A stretch of 64,000 nucleotides of DNA from Octopus vulgaris (lineage: Eukaryota). Every line of letters starts with the position of its first letter. Position 1 is the first letter of the stretch. Shown here piece after piece: positions 12,723-26,910 of the stretch. The notes under the pieces are model-generated. The model saw only the letters and a program-made list of their open reading frames with translations, was not told where the DNA came from and did no database searches. Both the position numbers and the translations under genes were made by a program. The stretch covers positions 930,001 to 994,000 of the forward strand of contig OX597827.1 in assembly GCA_951406725.2 (NCBI GenBank), read 5' to 3'.

Positions 12723-12735
12723 ATATATATATATC

Positions 12736-12764
<29 letters not shown>

Positions 12765-12769
<5 letters not shown>

Positions 12770-13037
12770 TCTTTAACGTCCGTTTTCCATGCTAGCATGG
12801 GTTGGACAGTTCGACCGGGGTGTGGGAAGCCAGGAGGCTGCACCAGGCACCAGTCTGATCTGGCAGTGTTTCTACAGCTGGATGCCCTTCACTAATGTGA
12901 GTGTAGTGGGTGCTTTTTACGTGCCACCGGCACAGGTGCCAGGTGAGGCTGGCAACGGCCACGTTCGGTTGGTGCTTTTTACGTGCCACCGGCACGGGGG
13001 CCAGTCGAAGCGGCGCTGGCAACGGCCACGTTCGGAT
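12765..13037 (-). mobile_element. SINE with RTE-like 3' end and internal tandem repeat of about 62 bp
   Basis: Minus end GCATGGAAAACGGACGTTAAAG-(ATG)n; GGTGCTTTTTACGTGCCACCGGCAC...GCTGGCAACGGCCACGTTCGG occurs twice. Confidence 0.7.
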
Positions 13038-13048
13038 ATATATTTATA

Positions 13049-13162
<114 letters not shown>

Positions 13163-13596
13163 CACGTGAGCACTCCACTCATATATCTCGTATATCTCAT
13201 ATATTTCCTATATATTCTCATTAGATAATACGGCATCTATAAAAGCAATAACACTAACAACGTGTATATATGTTTAATGAATTGTATAATTCAGCTATTT
13301 ATCATTTCCAATTAGTAATTTATACCAGAAACGTCAACAATAACACAAAATCTCAGAGAAATGAATATTTCGTTGCCTTTAATTCAGTTTTCCTTTCTCT
13401 TTTACCAATTTTCTTTCTTTCTTTCTTTCCTTCATTCTTTCTCACATTTTCCTCATCTTTCAGTCCTATTGTTTATTTCTACATTCGTAAGTTCACAATT
13501 TGTCTTTACTTGGTTATATTTATCCGTCTACACGCTTGTATGTGTACAACACACACACGCATATATAAATATATATGTATATATATTTATATGTAT

Positions 13597-13659
<63 letters not shown>

Positions 13660-13734
13660 ATAATGGGTAAGTCCAGAACAATGCGAACTAAATGCAAAGC
13701 AAATCACAAGAAAACAATTATCTGAATTAATGTA

Positions 13735-13906
13735 GAGAAAGTTGTAGCGAAAGAGTCAGCAGAAGTTCGCCATTACCTTCTGCCGGAGCCACGTGGAGCT
13801 TAGGTGTTTTCGCTCATAAACACACACATCGCCCGGTCTGAGATTCGAACCCACGATCCCCCAACCGCGAGTTCGCTGCTCTAACCACTAGGCCATGAGC
13901 CTCCAC
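13735..13906 (-). mobile_element. tRNA-derived SINE, family C
   Basis: Minus head GTGGAGGCTCATGGCCTAGTGGTTAGAGCAGCG...GGTTCGAATC with A and B boxes. Confidence 0.85.
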
Positions 13907-14034
13907 ACAACAAAGACATACTGAGGCGTACAATAATATTCTTATATATACCCACGTGTACACATTTAGAAATTTATATATCTTTATCTAAAAACTGTGT
14001 TAAATTCTTAGTTCTCCCACTTTATAATATTTCA

Positions 14035-14190
14035 CGCATGGCTGTGGGGTAAGAAGCATGCTTCCCAGCCATTAGGGTCCGGGTTCAGTCTCACTGCGTG
14101 GTAACTTGGGTAACAGTCTATTACTATAGCCTTGCGCCGAATGAGGCCTTGTGAGTGAATTTGGTAGACGGAAATTGAAAGAAGCCCGTC

Positions 14191-14258
<68 letters not shown>

Positions 14259-14485
14259 ATATGTGCGTGTATGTTTGTGTGTCTGTGTTTGTCCCTCCAA
14301 CATCGCTTGACAGCCGATGCTGGTGTGTTTACGTCCCCGTCACATAGCGGTTCGGCAAAAGAGACCGATAGAATAAGTACCGGGCTTACAAAGAATAAGT
14401 CCTGGGGTGGATTTGCTCGACTAAAGGCGGTGCTCCAGCATGGCCACAGTCAAATGACTGAAACAAGTAAAAGAGTAAAAAGAGT
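14035..14485 (+). mobile_element. SINE family B, full length with internal microsatellite
   Basis: tRNA-like head, core, internal (TA)n(TG)n, 3' module ending in GTAAAAGA repeats; more than 10 copies in the window. Confidence 0.85.
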
Positions 14486-15174
14486 TACCCGGTGTTTCAA
14501 TATTTCTTGGTTAGCACGCATTCTTCAGGAAATTTACGGAGAGAAGGTGTTGATAGCTGATTTCTCTGCTCTGTAGTGTGTGTGTCTGTGTGTATACACT
14601 CATATATACACATATTAACATTCGTGTATATATACATAAATGTATGTACACATATATATATATATATATTAAAATATTTGTACACAAATACATGAAGTAC
14701 ATAAACATATATGCATATATATACATTTATAACATAGGTTTATGGCTGTGTAAATGTATACTTATGCTAAACTTCAAACGTGTTCAACGTATATATATAT
14801 TTGCTTGTTTGTCTTAAGTTTGTCAACAGATCTAATGAATGATCTCACATAGATTCCAATTAACGTATACCGGATTAACAATTAATCTCCAGAGAAATGA
14901 CTCCATACACCACGCAAAAAAATATGGAGGAAATGGATAAATTAAAAAAAGTCAAAACAAGAATAAAAAAAAAATATATATATATACATATATACGTGTG
15001 TGGGTATTTGTGTGTGTGTGTGTGTGTGTTTGTGAGTGTGTGTGGTTGTGTGCGTGCGTGTGTAAAAGCTTATCTGTGTCAGTATATACATATATACATA
15101 CACACACACTTTATATTTGGTATTCGAATACTATTTTTTTACACCATCTTGCTTTGCACCTCTATGCTTACTTG

Positions 15175-15243
<69 letters not shown>

Positions 15244-15381
15244 TTATATATCATTATATATCATTATATAAATGTGATTACGTGATTTTTTTTATTTGTT
15301 TCCATTTTCAATATTTTTCGTCTGATTATTGAATTTCAATTACACAAATTATTGTTCTTATTTTTGCTGCTGCTGCTGCTG

Positions 15382-15424
<43 letters not shown>

Positions 15425-16617
15425 AGTGTTTTTTAATATGCGTTTTGTTTGTAATCCAATATGAATAATGGAAGTTTCCAGACTAAAGCTTCAACTATAC
15501 GAATGAATTGTATATGTATTAACATACGTACATGCGTTCATACATACATACGTGCAGATATGCATACATACGTATATACCTGCATACCTACCTACTTACT
15601 TATCTACATACATATATATTTGCATACATACATGCATACATACATAGATACATACATACATACATACATATGTACATACATGATACATTTACCTCCCCCC
15701 ACCACATAGTATGTGGGTACATATATATATATATATATATATATGAGAAACGGTCTTTAAAAGAAAAACGAATAAAAATATAGAAGTAAATAAAACCAAA
15801 GAGAAAATATTGAAATTACTTGAAAAGAAAATATACAAATAATGAATTAATAGAAAAAGTTAAAAAAAAACAAAAGTAATGCCGGATCCGTATTAATTGA
15901 AAATTCCTGAGAGAGAGGGGGGTGAGGGGGGAGACAGAGGGAAAGAGAGAGAGAAATTAAGGTAATTATAGCATTAAATAAATGCATGGTATTAAGAATA
16001 TGATGGTAAACTTTAAACTAGTGTTTGAAGAAAATAGGGTCATATGAGGATTGGGAGGTAAAAATATACAATGATTAAGAAACAGGATCCCCGATTCATT
16101 GGGAAAAAATATTTACAAGGTGAAGAATAGTTTGATGAAATAAATTCCCCGTTGGAAATTAGATGAATTAATCATTTTTTGGAGGTGTGTGACGGTAGGT
16201 GATGGTGAGGTGAGGAGTGGTAAAATAATGAAGAATGAAACAGAAGTTGGAAGAAGTTTTTTACGAATATTAATGGAATAATAATTGCTAAAAAAAAGAC
16301 TTGAAATGATGATGATGATGATGACGATGATTGTGGTGGTGGTGTCAGTGGCGGTGATGCTGTTGTTGTTGGTAGTGGTGGTGGTGGTGGTAGTGTTTGT
16401 GGTGATTCTGATGATGACGATGACGATGATGATGATGATAAAGATGTTGATGATAGCAACAGTCATGATGTTGTTGATGATGGTGGTGGTGGTGTTTGTG
16501 ATGATGATGATCATGACAACGACCACGACGACGATGTTGATGGTGATGATGGCAGCGGTCTTGGCGTTATAGGTGATGCTGGTGGTGGTGGTAGTGATGA
16601 TGTTAACAATGGTCGTA

Positions 16618-17280
16618 TCATCTGGAAGAAATTATGGCCAGAAGCGGTTCACGACTATAAAGGATTCTCCCCTGATGAAATCCACCTCTGTAGTAGATAA
16701 GGCAATGAAGCTGGCAAGATTGCTCGGAGATGGCTTCACCGATGTGACTTCCGAAGACGTTAATAACTTGATCGAGGCCCACTCAGATCCGTTAACGGAC
16801 GAAGATCTGACAGAGATGATGAAGACAGCAAGTGAAAAAGTTGAAAAACAAGAGTATTCAGGGTAAGATGAAGTAGGCCTATCACTAGAATGTCTCCCGG
16901 CTCTAGCAAAAACGGGAAAAGAACTTCAGAGAATGGCGGAAGATAGGGACCCTCTGATGATTCGTGCATTTCAGTTGAAAAATGTAATCGACGGAGCCTT
17001 GGATGTTTATAAAACCCTTACACAGAAGAAAAGGAATACTAGCAATTGCCCATCGCTGGGTTCCTCAACCGCAAAAAATGGAAGACACGGGTACTCCTAA
17101 GAGTGTGAGGAGAGTATATAACAGCTTAAATATGAAAAAAATAATAAAATAGATACATACGAATTATAAAAATAATTAAAAATATATACAGTACGCTAGT
17201 GTTTCTACTTCGCGGATTTTCACCTATCGCGGGGTTGGGTGGGGTGGAACGTAGCACAAGCGATAGCCGATGGATTACTG
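16618..17280 (+). mobile_element. Tigger/pogo transposon 3' part
   Basis: WKKLWPEAVHDYKGF...GFTDVTSEDVNNLIEAHSDPLTDEDL is a Tigger-like C-terminus; right end ...GATTACTG|TA. Confidence 0.8.
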
Positions 17281-17312
17281 TATATAATATAATATAAAAT
17301 ATAATGTAACAT

Positions 17313-17390
<78 letters not shown>

Positions 17391-18098
17391 TGTGCGTGCG
17401 TGGGTGTGGTTGTGTACGTGCGTGCGTGTGTATGTGTGTGTGCGTGAAGTGAAATAGGTAAGGTACAACGCACACAAACAAAAGAAAAGATAAAGAAGGA
17501 ATGCTTTAGATGACTTGTATTTAAAACAGAACTCAACGTAATACTGTCTAAGTTAATATGGATGCTAATCGAACAAAGAGTGAACCGATCCGACAGAAAG
17601 GAAAACAGAAATGAAGACAAGAAAAAAATAATGGCTGAATTTAGAGGACACCAACGAAAATCTGACAAATATATTTAACATGAATATAGGGAATTAGGGG
17701 CGTTATGCAACTACAAAATTATTATGGAGATATTCTTTGAAGGATTACAAGAAAATCGAGGAATGTAAAAACGAATACAACTAGTAAGAAGACAAAATGG
17801 CTGTGTGGTAAAACACTGTGTTTCCAGGTTCAATTTCAGCTCGGGGCACCCTTAGGCAAGTATCTATTTCTTCCTATACCCTTAGGGCTGACAAATACCT
17901 TGTGAGTAAATTTTGTAAATATATGTGTTTGTTTATAACTTGCTATAACTCAATTTCTATTTTTGCATCACAATGTATTTGTATCTGTACCTATTAAACC
18001 ACCTCTCTCTCTCTCTCTGTTTCCTAATACGCGTACATACATACACGCATGTAGACATACACACACACACACACACACACAAGTAATATTTCGAACGC

Positions 18099-18395
18099 AG
18101 TATAGCCGTGAAAACGACAGAAAGGTTGGGTATTCTACCCTTATAAGGTGGAAAAGTTATCAGCAGACGGCTACGGGACTCGAACTCGTACCCAACAGAT
18201 ACCGGTTGAGTACTCTACCATTAAGCTAAAAGGCCCCCTGACAACAATTACCGTCAATTTTAACGCTAAATAATTATAATAGCCTTTAGAAAGCGACATT
18301 TTATAAACAAACTTTGGAAGCGTCGAATGTGTTTCGTATTTTACAGACAAGAAATTAAATTACGAGTGGAGTATAACCGTGAAAACAGCAGAAAG
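18099..18395 (-). repeat. 271-bp unit with a terminal direct repeat and internal tRNA-like Pol III boxes
   Basis: AGTATA(G/A)CCGTGAAAAC..CAGAAAG at 18099 and 18370; minus 18166-18237 has TAGCTTAATGGTAGA (A box) and GAGTTCGAGTCCC (B box). Confidence 0.65.
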
Positions 18396-18907
18396 ATCGT
18401 GTGTGCGTGTGTGTGTGTGTGTGCGTGTGTGTGTGTGTATGTGTGTGTGTGTGTGTGTATGTATGTGTGTGTGTTTATACAAATAGACATATGCATATAT
18501 GCATACATGCATGCCTTTATTTGGCATATATGCGTAACTGTATTTGTTTGTGCATGTGCGTGTAGCAGTATGTCTATCTGTTCTTTTGCTTCATTAATAT
18601 TTCTCCCAAACTGGAAGAGATAATGAAATGAAAGTCCGTACCATACACTGATTGTGATGCCAACCCCATTTCACGTGTCTTCCATCGAAACTCTCTTTCA
18701 CGGTGGTGATGGCACTTCTTGTTAGAGCCAGCATGCATGGAAGCACCCTCTCGCATCTCTCATAATTATCACACTTCTCTATACACAACGTGACCTGACT
18801 ACCACATTGCACTCATCCTGCAACATGCTAATGTAACTTCTCCACACTGCGTCACATCAGCTTATATATTACACCAGTGCTTATCCTGTAACATTCTAGT
18901 TTATTTA

Positions 18908-19109
18908 TTGGTTTCATGTTTTGGCACAAGGCCAGCAAGTTCAGGGGAGGGATAAGTCGATTATATTGACCTCAGTGCTTAACTGGTACCTATTTTGTTT
19001 ACCCCCGAATGATTGAAAAGCAACATTGTTTTCACAGAATTTGAACTCTGCACGTGAAGATGAAGGGATTCTGCCCGGCGTGCTAACGATTCTGCCAGCT
19101 CACCGCCTT
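18908..19109 (-). mobile_element. tRNA-derived SINE, family A
   Basis: Reverse-complement similarity to 427-641. Confidence 0.8.
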
Positions 19110-19379
19110 GCAATCTACGTATTTCATAGCCACACATCCTGCGACGTTGATCCATGTATATTAAAGCATTATACATCCTCATGTCAGACCTGCGATGGAA
19201 TTACACAATAGCAACAGCGTCACACAAATGTTACACTTTACTTTGTACTTGGCCTTTTGTTATACTTTGTCCTATACAAAACGCATGCACTCACATTTAT
19301 ACACAGTTACATATCTACACACACTCATACATATACACTCATTCACATACCTATAATGCCACATTATTTCTTAGAAAAT

Positions 19380-19620
19380 AGTTGTTTGGTTTCAGTCAAG
19401 TGCTTTCGGGTTCAATTCCATTATGCGTCACAAATCATTCCGTAGACGGAAACTGTATGGAAGCCTGTCGTGGTAAAAAGCTTGTTTCTCAACCACATGG
19501 TTCTGGCTTCAATCCGACTGTGTGGCACCTTAGGCAAGTGTCTTCTACCATAGTCACAAGTCAACCAAAGATTTGAGCGTGGATTTGGTAGAAGGAAATA
19601 GAAAGAAGCCCGTCGTATAT
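19380..19620 (+). mobile_element. tandem SINE family B head fragments
   Basis: GTAGACGGAAACTG / GAAGCCCGTCG and GGCAAGTGTCTTCTAC motifs. Confidence 0.7.
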
Positions 19621-19635
19621 AAATATATGTGTGTG

Positions 19636-19686
<51 letters not shown>

Positions 19687-20735
19687 GTGTGTGTGTATAC
19701 ATATATATATATACTGTAAAACATATCTATCTATCTATCTATCTATATATATATATATGTATATACATACATTCGAACATACATACCTAGACACATATCT
19801 GTGTGAGCGTGCACTCATACATACATATATTCCTACATATATACATACATACATACATACATACATACATACATACATACATACATACATACATGTACAC
19901 ACTTAAGGTAGCACAAGTATAACAATCAACACTCAATGAACGACAGTCTGGCTTCACGTTCCATCTCTCTCTCTCCTTCCTTCTTTTCTCCTTCACCTTC
20001 TTCTTCTTCTCCCCCATCGCCTCGTATTTCATCGATTTATCTGTTTTATAACAGTAGTTACTGCCTCATCTAATCTTAACTTTTCATCTTCCATGTCGTT
20101 TTCCATAATTCAACGATAACATTTCTTCATCTTTTCCGATATCGCCATTTCTTCTTCTTGTAACAAATTTTGTTTATTTTTCCATGTTTGTTTGTTTCCT
20201 TCTTTTTTCTATGAATTATGCTTTTTTTCTTTTTCCTGTGTGTGATTTGTGTACGTTATTGTATTCTATAATTGTTTTTCTTTTCACATTTCCCCTTTGC
20301 TTCTGTTTTTGCCTGTGGCTTTTGGCATATTGTTAATGCCGGTGGTGGTGGTAGACCTTCGAATTACAAGTACAAACAAAACATAAAAACCACAACCACG
20401 CCCCCCCCCCCACATGCACATTCATGGACGTAACGCATGGATGTGTGATGAGAACGTTCGCTTCCCATTCCTGTAATTCTTGTAGTTTCAGATTCATTCC
20501 CACTGTGCGGTGCTTTGGACAAACGTTTTCTACTACAGCGCAGACGAATACCTTGTGAGCGAATATGGAAACTAAGTGGGCTTCCACACAATTTTTGCTC
20601 TACCAAGTTCACTTAAAACACATTCGTCGGCCGGGGATATGATATAAGACAATTTCTAACCCTGGAGAAATTGTCTATCCCTAACCGTAACCCGAAACAA
20701 AGTAGTGAAATATGCCCCCCCCACACACACACATT

Positions 20736-20936
20736 AATCGTTTTTTTGCATTGGGTATTAAATAATCGGATATTAGATAACAGCATACTTGTTATTTACG
20801 TAATACTATGTACTCTCCAGAGTTGGTGTAAAAAATATTGGTGTAAAAAATACTACTATCTCTGAAGAATACGTAGTGCTACTTATCTCGCTGTTATCTT
20901 GTTCCCAGTTATTTAATACCCAGTGCGAAACCGATT
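20736..20936. mobile_element. fold-back MITE
   Basis: Imperfect inverted arms of about 50 bp (GCATTGGGTATTAAATAA..AGATAACAGC / GCTGTTATCT..TTATTTAATACCCAGTGC). Confidence 0.6.
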
Positions 20937-21207
20937 GGTAAACTCGGTAGAAATGGATCTATAATTTTGTATATTTTGATTAATCTAATATACTCACTCT
21001 ATTGATAAAAATACGAGTGCATATCTTTTTATCTTACTTATGAATTCTGAAACTATACATACACACAAACATACATGCATATACATATATATATATATAT
21101 ACATGTATGTATATATATATACATATATACATGTATGTATATATATATATACATATATATACATATATATATATACACATATATACATGTATATATATAT
21201 GTATATA

Positions 21208-21245
<38 letters not shown>

Positions 21246-21275
21246 TCAAAATAAAAACATGATGCCAAGGATTCA

Positions 21276-21353
21276 GCGGTACATATGTTTCGGGCCTTTA
21301 TTAGACGGATTTATAACAATGCATAATGTGTGTCTATGGCCTTCTTCAGCCGC
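21276..21353 (-). ncRNA. type I hammerhead ribozyme motif in a short (TA)n-flanked unit (about 21241-21455)
   Basis: Minus: GCGG CTGAAGA aGGCC..GGCCc GAAA C ATAT G TA CCGC; stem I GCGG/CCGC; palindromic loop ACATATGT. Confidence 0.75.
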
Positions 21354-22170
21354 GCACAATTACTACCTCAAGGACATGTATTACATCAAAACTTCTACGT
21401 TGGGGATGCAAATCCTCTCATTCGCGGACGACATAATGCGGTACCAGCACAAAATATATATATATACATATATATATACATATATCACCTCGCTTCTGCG
21501 AAACGAAATGGAAGCGCTAAAGAAATAATTATGCAAAATTCTGACTAATTCCTTTTTTTAATGCATGAAATCTGCACATCACTTCAAACAATCCATTCAC
21601 TCATTCATCCACACATACATACATACATACATAATACTCAATACATACATACATACATACATACATACATACATACATACATACATACATACATACATAC
21701 ATACATACATACATACATACATACATACATACATACATGCATACATACATACTCAATACATGCAGTAGAATTCATTTATTTATTCAGATTTGAAGATTCA
21801 CTCTGAGCTTTTCTCTCTTCTATCTGTTTGTTTAGGCGAAAAATAATGGATTTGCCTGAACGAATCCATGTCTGCTAACGAATGTTTAAACAGCCCAGAA
21901 AATCTCTAAAGATAGGCGAAAAACATACATGGTTAACCGAGTAAGTAACATAGTCATATTTTGTAAATCATTGTTTGACATGAGTCATTTAATGTTAAGC
22001 TTTGAGCTAATACTCAACTGAACGCACGTAAACATACATCACTACAATGTATAAAATCAACGTCGAATAAAACTCAACTCAACATAACAACGTAGGCAAC
22101 AACTATATCTTTCGATCGAAGATTAATAATGCTAACTTTGGGTTCGACATTTTAAAATGATTCAAAAATA

Positions 22171-22572
22171 TTGGGTTGTCCGGAAAGTTCGTGCCGATTT
22201 ATAGTAGCTTATCTTTCAACTTATTTTAGAACATGGTTGAGTCCACAAAATAGGATTTTACTACACCTCCATTTAGAGCACAGTTTAAGCTATCTTTTCG
22301 TGGAAGAAGGCTTATGTTCCTACAACCTGTGTTAATTCTGTAACCCTATAAAATGAAAGATAAGAAAGTTCATTTTCGGTACTTGATGCTTTGGGAACCA
22401 GACAAAAATTGCTGCAGCTCAGCTGGGATGTGTTACCCCACCCTCCATATTCACTAGATATTGCTCCTTCGGATTTCCACTTACTCAGATCTTTGCAGAA
22501 TAGTCTTAATGGTAAAAATTTCAATTTCTTGGATGACGTCAAAAGATACCTTGATGAATTCTTTGCCATGAA
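22171..22572 (+). mobile_element. internally deleted mariner
   Basis: TA|TTGGGTTGTCCGGAAAGTTCGTGCCGATTT TIR; N-terminal MKDKKVHFRYLML joined to WDVLPHPPYSLDIAPSDFHL. Confidence 0.85.
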
Positions 22573-22722
22573 TACTAGAAGGTGCCATGCAGTGGGACCG
22601 AACCCAGAACTATGTGGTTGGGAAGCAAGCTTCTTACCATACAGCCACACCTACGTGTTTATTTTTGTAAATTTTCATGCTTTTATTTTCATGTTTGCAG
22701 AAATTGCCTTAAAGTTGAATAT

Positions 22723-23018
22723 CACGTGATCACGTGACCGACCAGACTATCAGATGTTGCTACACATCGCTGGTCACAATGCGCTTCGCATTGCTTTAGT
22801 CTTTAAATGATGCCACCCCGCTGGCTAAGCGAGCAGGCCAACAGAAGAAAGAATGAGGGAAAGAGTACAGCAGGGGTCGCCACCACCCCCTGCCGGACTT
22901 TCGTGGAACTTTAGGTGTTTTCGCTCAATAAACACTCGCAATGCCCGGTCTGGGAATCGAAACCGTGATCCTACGACTGTGAGTCCGCTACCCTAACCAC
23001 TGGGCCATTGCGCTCCAC
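22723..23018 (-). mobile_element. tRNA-derived SINE, family C, with target-site duplication
   Basis: AAAGTTGAATAT at 22711-22722 and 23019-23030 flanks a full copy. Confidence 0.9.
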
Positions 23019-23921
23019 AAAGTTGAATATATCGACCGAATTTGAGGTTTATTTTTCCATTAATTTCTCAGAAAACCAAACAAAAATCACGCGAAGTCAA
23101 AAGGGACGTTCATTCCAAAGGACGAGAACTGAGGTACGCTTGCACTTAAAAAAGCGAGAAATAAACAAATAAATACCCTAAAGAAAAGAACAGATAACTC
23201 AATTACTCTCGGCGGACTCAGAATATTATAAGGTTATAAAAGAAGAAAGACAAAAAAAAAGAGAAAAAAAAAGAAAAGGGAAACATCAAAACTCTAAACA
23301 ATGGAAAGCAAAGTCTGAAAGGTAAACGTAGCAGGTGCGAAACAAAGGAAAACGTAGCACAAAGTTCAACCAAACTAGTGAGTCTACCTGCAGCATATCG
23401 ACCCAGAAAAGACCAAGCTGAAATACACCAACGAAAATCTGAACACAATTGAATAAAGGACTGATCCGAAAGCATAGAGAACTGACGTTGGAAATATTGA
23501 ATATGAGAGAATAAACTAAAGGTGGAAACGGTTATAGAATAATAAAAAAAAAAATCGATAAAAAATCTTCTTTTGGAGCAGCGAAGGAAAACAGTTTCGA
23601 AGATAAAAGCTAATGATATAAAAATATGATAAAGAGACAGCGATAAATAAAGAAGATGACAAACTGGGGCATCGTGGTAGACATATTGGAAGTAGACGAG
23701 GACATCAATATTTACAGAGATAAAGAAACAAATCTACACAGCAGCAGCAGCAGCAGCAGCAGCAACAACACTAGAAGTAGTAGTAGCAGCAGCAGCAGTT
23801 GTGGTAGATACAATGGTAAAATGACTGTTACTTCACATCCGAACTCAAACACAAATGTATAAAGAGAAATACAGAACATAACAACATAAAATCATTTCAA
23901 CCCTTAACAAAACACAACGCA

Positions 23922-23956
<35 letters not shown>

Positions 23957-24120
23957 CACACATGCACATATACACGCGTGCGTGAAACCTTATGCAACTT
24001 TAAGTATGGAACACAATCGAAGACATAATCAAAATATTTAATGTAATAAAAAACAAAAGTTTACCCAAAAAATCTATTAATTTCCACATTTCTATAAACT
24101 TAGACTAATCTTTTTGCAAA

Positions 24121-24167
<47 letters not shown>

Positions 24168-24231
24168 TACATATATACATATATATATTTACATACACAC
24201 ACATATATACGTATATATATGTATATATATA

Positions 24232-24277
<46 letters not shown>

Positions 24278-24659
24278 TATACACAGACATACAACACACG
24301 TATATATATATGCACATACTCACACATGTGAATATATATATATAACAATAATAATATATATATATCTGTAGTAAAGTTTATTTGCCAACGTAGTGTGGTG
24401 ATCCTATAAAGGACAATGGTACTGTTGTTGAAGCCCCAGGAAAGCATCTTTTCCAGCTGGCTTTCGACAGAGTCTGTGTCCGTATAGTATTTGCAAGGGA
24501 GGTTATCGCTCCCATCTCTCGCCTCACGTGATACTCACAGATCATGGTTTCTGGCTGTTTAACCATCCTCAATGTGAGATAATCACTGGCCGTTGATGAA
24601 AGCTTTCTCCATTTGCCAAATCACTGACAGATTTAATACAAGCTATTTTTCTCTATACG

Positions 24660-24907
24660 AGATCAGCGAGGTAGCAGCAGTGCCAACAATTGTCGGAGTC
24701 CTGGGAACAGTGAGCAAAAATCTCGAGAAGTACGTGGAACAAATAGGGGCTGCAATAAGGGTGGAGCTCTTGCAGGAAACAGCACTACTTGGAACCGCTC
24801 AAATACTTACTCTGAGGTGCTCGAAAAATAAGAGGTGTTACTTAGTTCACTGGTAGTGAACAGCTGACACCGTAGTACATCTCCAGCGTTAGAAGCTGTG
24901 CAAAGGC
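24660..24907 (+). mobile_element. R4/Dong-like RLE element 3' end
   Basis: VPTIVGVLGTVSKNLEKYVEQIG...LQETALLGTAQIL is the RLE C-terminus; 3' UTR runs into (AAT)n. Confidence 0.8.
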
Positions 24908-24944
24908 AATAATAATAATAATAATAATAATTATGATGATGATG

Positions 24945-24987
<43 letters not shown>

Positions 24988-25142
24988 GAGACGATGATGA
25001 CAAAAGCAACAATAACAACCGCAATAACTGTTACAATAAAAGATTTAAATATAAGACGAATTACAAATTCTTGGAAATTAATGATATAAAGTAAAACACA
25101 GATACACACACTCACGCACGCACACGCACGCACGCACACACG

Positions 25143-25176
<34 letters not shown>

Positions 25177-25487
25177 TATGCAGGGAAAAAGGTTGGAAAG
25201 GTCTATTACGGCGATATTAGATAAATGCTCAGAACTGGAATTATACGATAAACGAATAAGTTAATAGGTAACGATGACCTAGGTGTGTTCAGGTAATCAC
25301 GTATATTCTCAACTGTAAGTTAAGTGAATTAGTGATACTAGATTGGAAAACAAGGGAAATAATGACTGCATTTTGTGTCTGAAGTTGGACACAGAAAAAT
25401 TATATTTACGTCGTGGACAACACATGTATGTCAGAGTATTCTGCAATTGGAAAAGATTAATAAAATATTCCAAGAAGAACTAAGATT

Positions 25488-25556
<69 letters not shown>

Positions 25557-25923
25557 GTATATATATATATATGTATGTATATATATGTATATATGTATGT
25601 GTGTGTGTGTGTGCGTGTGTGTGAATTTTGAACGAATATCTCTCTCTCTCTCCCTCTTTCTCTCTCTCTCCTCTCCCTCCCTCTACCTCTCTCTCTCTCT
25701 CTCTCTATATATATGTATATATATGTATATATATGTATGTATGTATGTATGAATAGAGTAAGTTCAAGAATGCAAGTGTTGGTATTATATTTTTTCTTTC
25801 GTTACGATCGTTTCAACAGTAAGTGGTTCAGATACCTCATGTATTTATAATACAAGTATGGTTATTGGCTGAGTATGGTTATTGTCTCTATCAGACAAAC
25901 GAGAAACTTTTGAAATATGGATA

Positions 25924-26440
25924 TCTATATATATAAAACTGTAGTTGTGTGAGTGTCTGTCTCCTACGATTTAGATTCCTAACTCCTCCCACATTTTGTG
26001 GTGCAGTTTAACCAAATTCGGGTATATTATAGTCATGATTAATATCGAGCCCGTCTGGCTATTAGCGCGCGTCTACGATGAGTCTACGATTTTAAAAATA
26101 ATTTAACATAATTTTTTATTCCATTTTAATGCATAATTTTTCGTGTGTCGATGGCGGCAGTGTTGGCATCCACGCTCAAACACCTGCACCTGTGTTTGCT
26201 TCTCCCCCTTCTTCCCTCCCTCGTGAAGCTGTGGGGAAGGGAGTTTAAGGAAATCAACGTCATAAAGCGTTGTCAAGGAGACCAGCGTTCTTTTAGAACA
26301 ACGACTTCGTGGCTTGAAGACACCAAAACAGAAATGGCTAAGAAAGCCCGAATTGGCATCTATAAAGGAAGTAACTCTCTAAAAATGCTTATATAGTTAT
26401 TTCCCTTACAAACCCGAGCAACGCCGGGCGATACTGCTAG
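25924..26440 (+). mobile_element. non-autonomous Helitron
   Basis: A|TC 5' end, subterminal hairpin CCCGAGCAACGCCGGG, CTAG|T 3' end, no TSD. Confidence 0.8.
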
Positions 26441-26444
26441 TATA

Positions 26445-26745
26445 GGATAAAAATAACTTAGGAAAATCATTAAACTAACAAAGATGTGCAACAACTAGCA
26501 AATACAAAATATGTTACGCTTAGCTATTAAAAGAAGGAAGTTAAAGTACTTTGATCACATAGTAAAAGCACAAAGTACAAAATGGTTATTACTGGAAGGA
26601 AAGATGAATAGCAATCACTCGTGAGGGAGTACCAGAACTAACAGGTTCGATAACATCAAGGATCTGTGAATGTGTAAGACTGTCAAAGAAAAGACCTGAA
26701 TGCCGATATTGAATCTCCTGAGAGCGGATGACATCTAATGATGAA
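26445..26745 (+). mobile_element. degenerate RTE LINE 3' fragment
   Basis: IKRRKLKYFDHIVKA...LLEGKMN...RFDNIKD. Confidence 0.65.
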
Positions 26746-26878
26746 TATCCCAACTTATTGCATGTGATCCATGTTCATCTCATCACACAAGGGTGAAAGA
26801 AAAAGGAATACAAATGACAATTGTTATGGCATATATATATATATAGAATAAAAAGATAGTCAGAATGTTGGATGATTA

Positions 26879-26908
<30 letters not shown>

Positions 26909-26910
<2 letters not shown>

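Noticed and set aside
12905-13037. Repeat-spacer-like pattern as a CRISPR array
   Set aside because: Only two units, inside a eukaryotic SINE; no cas genes
22391-22729. SETMAR-like host gene
   Set aside because: Internally deleted mariner with a TIR; the ORF reads on into a SINE
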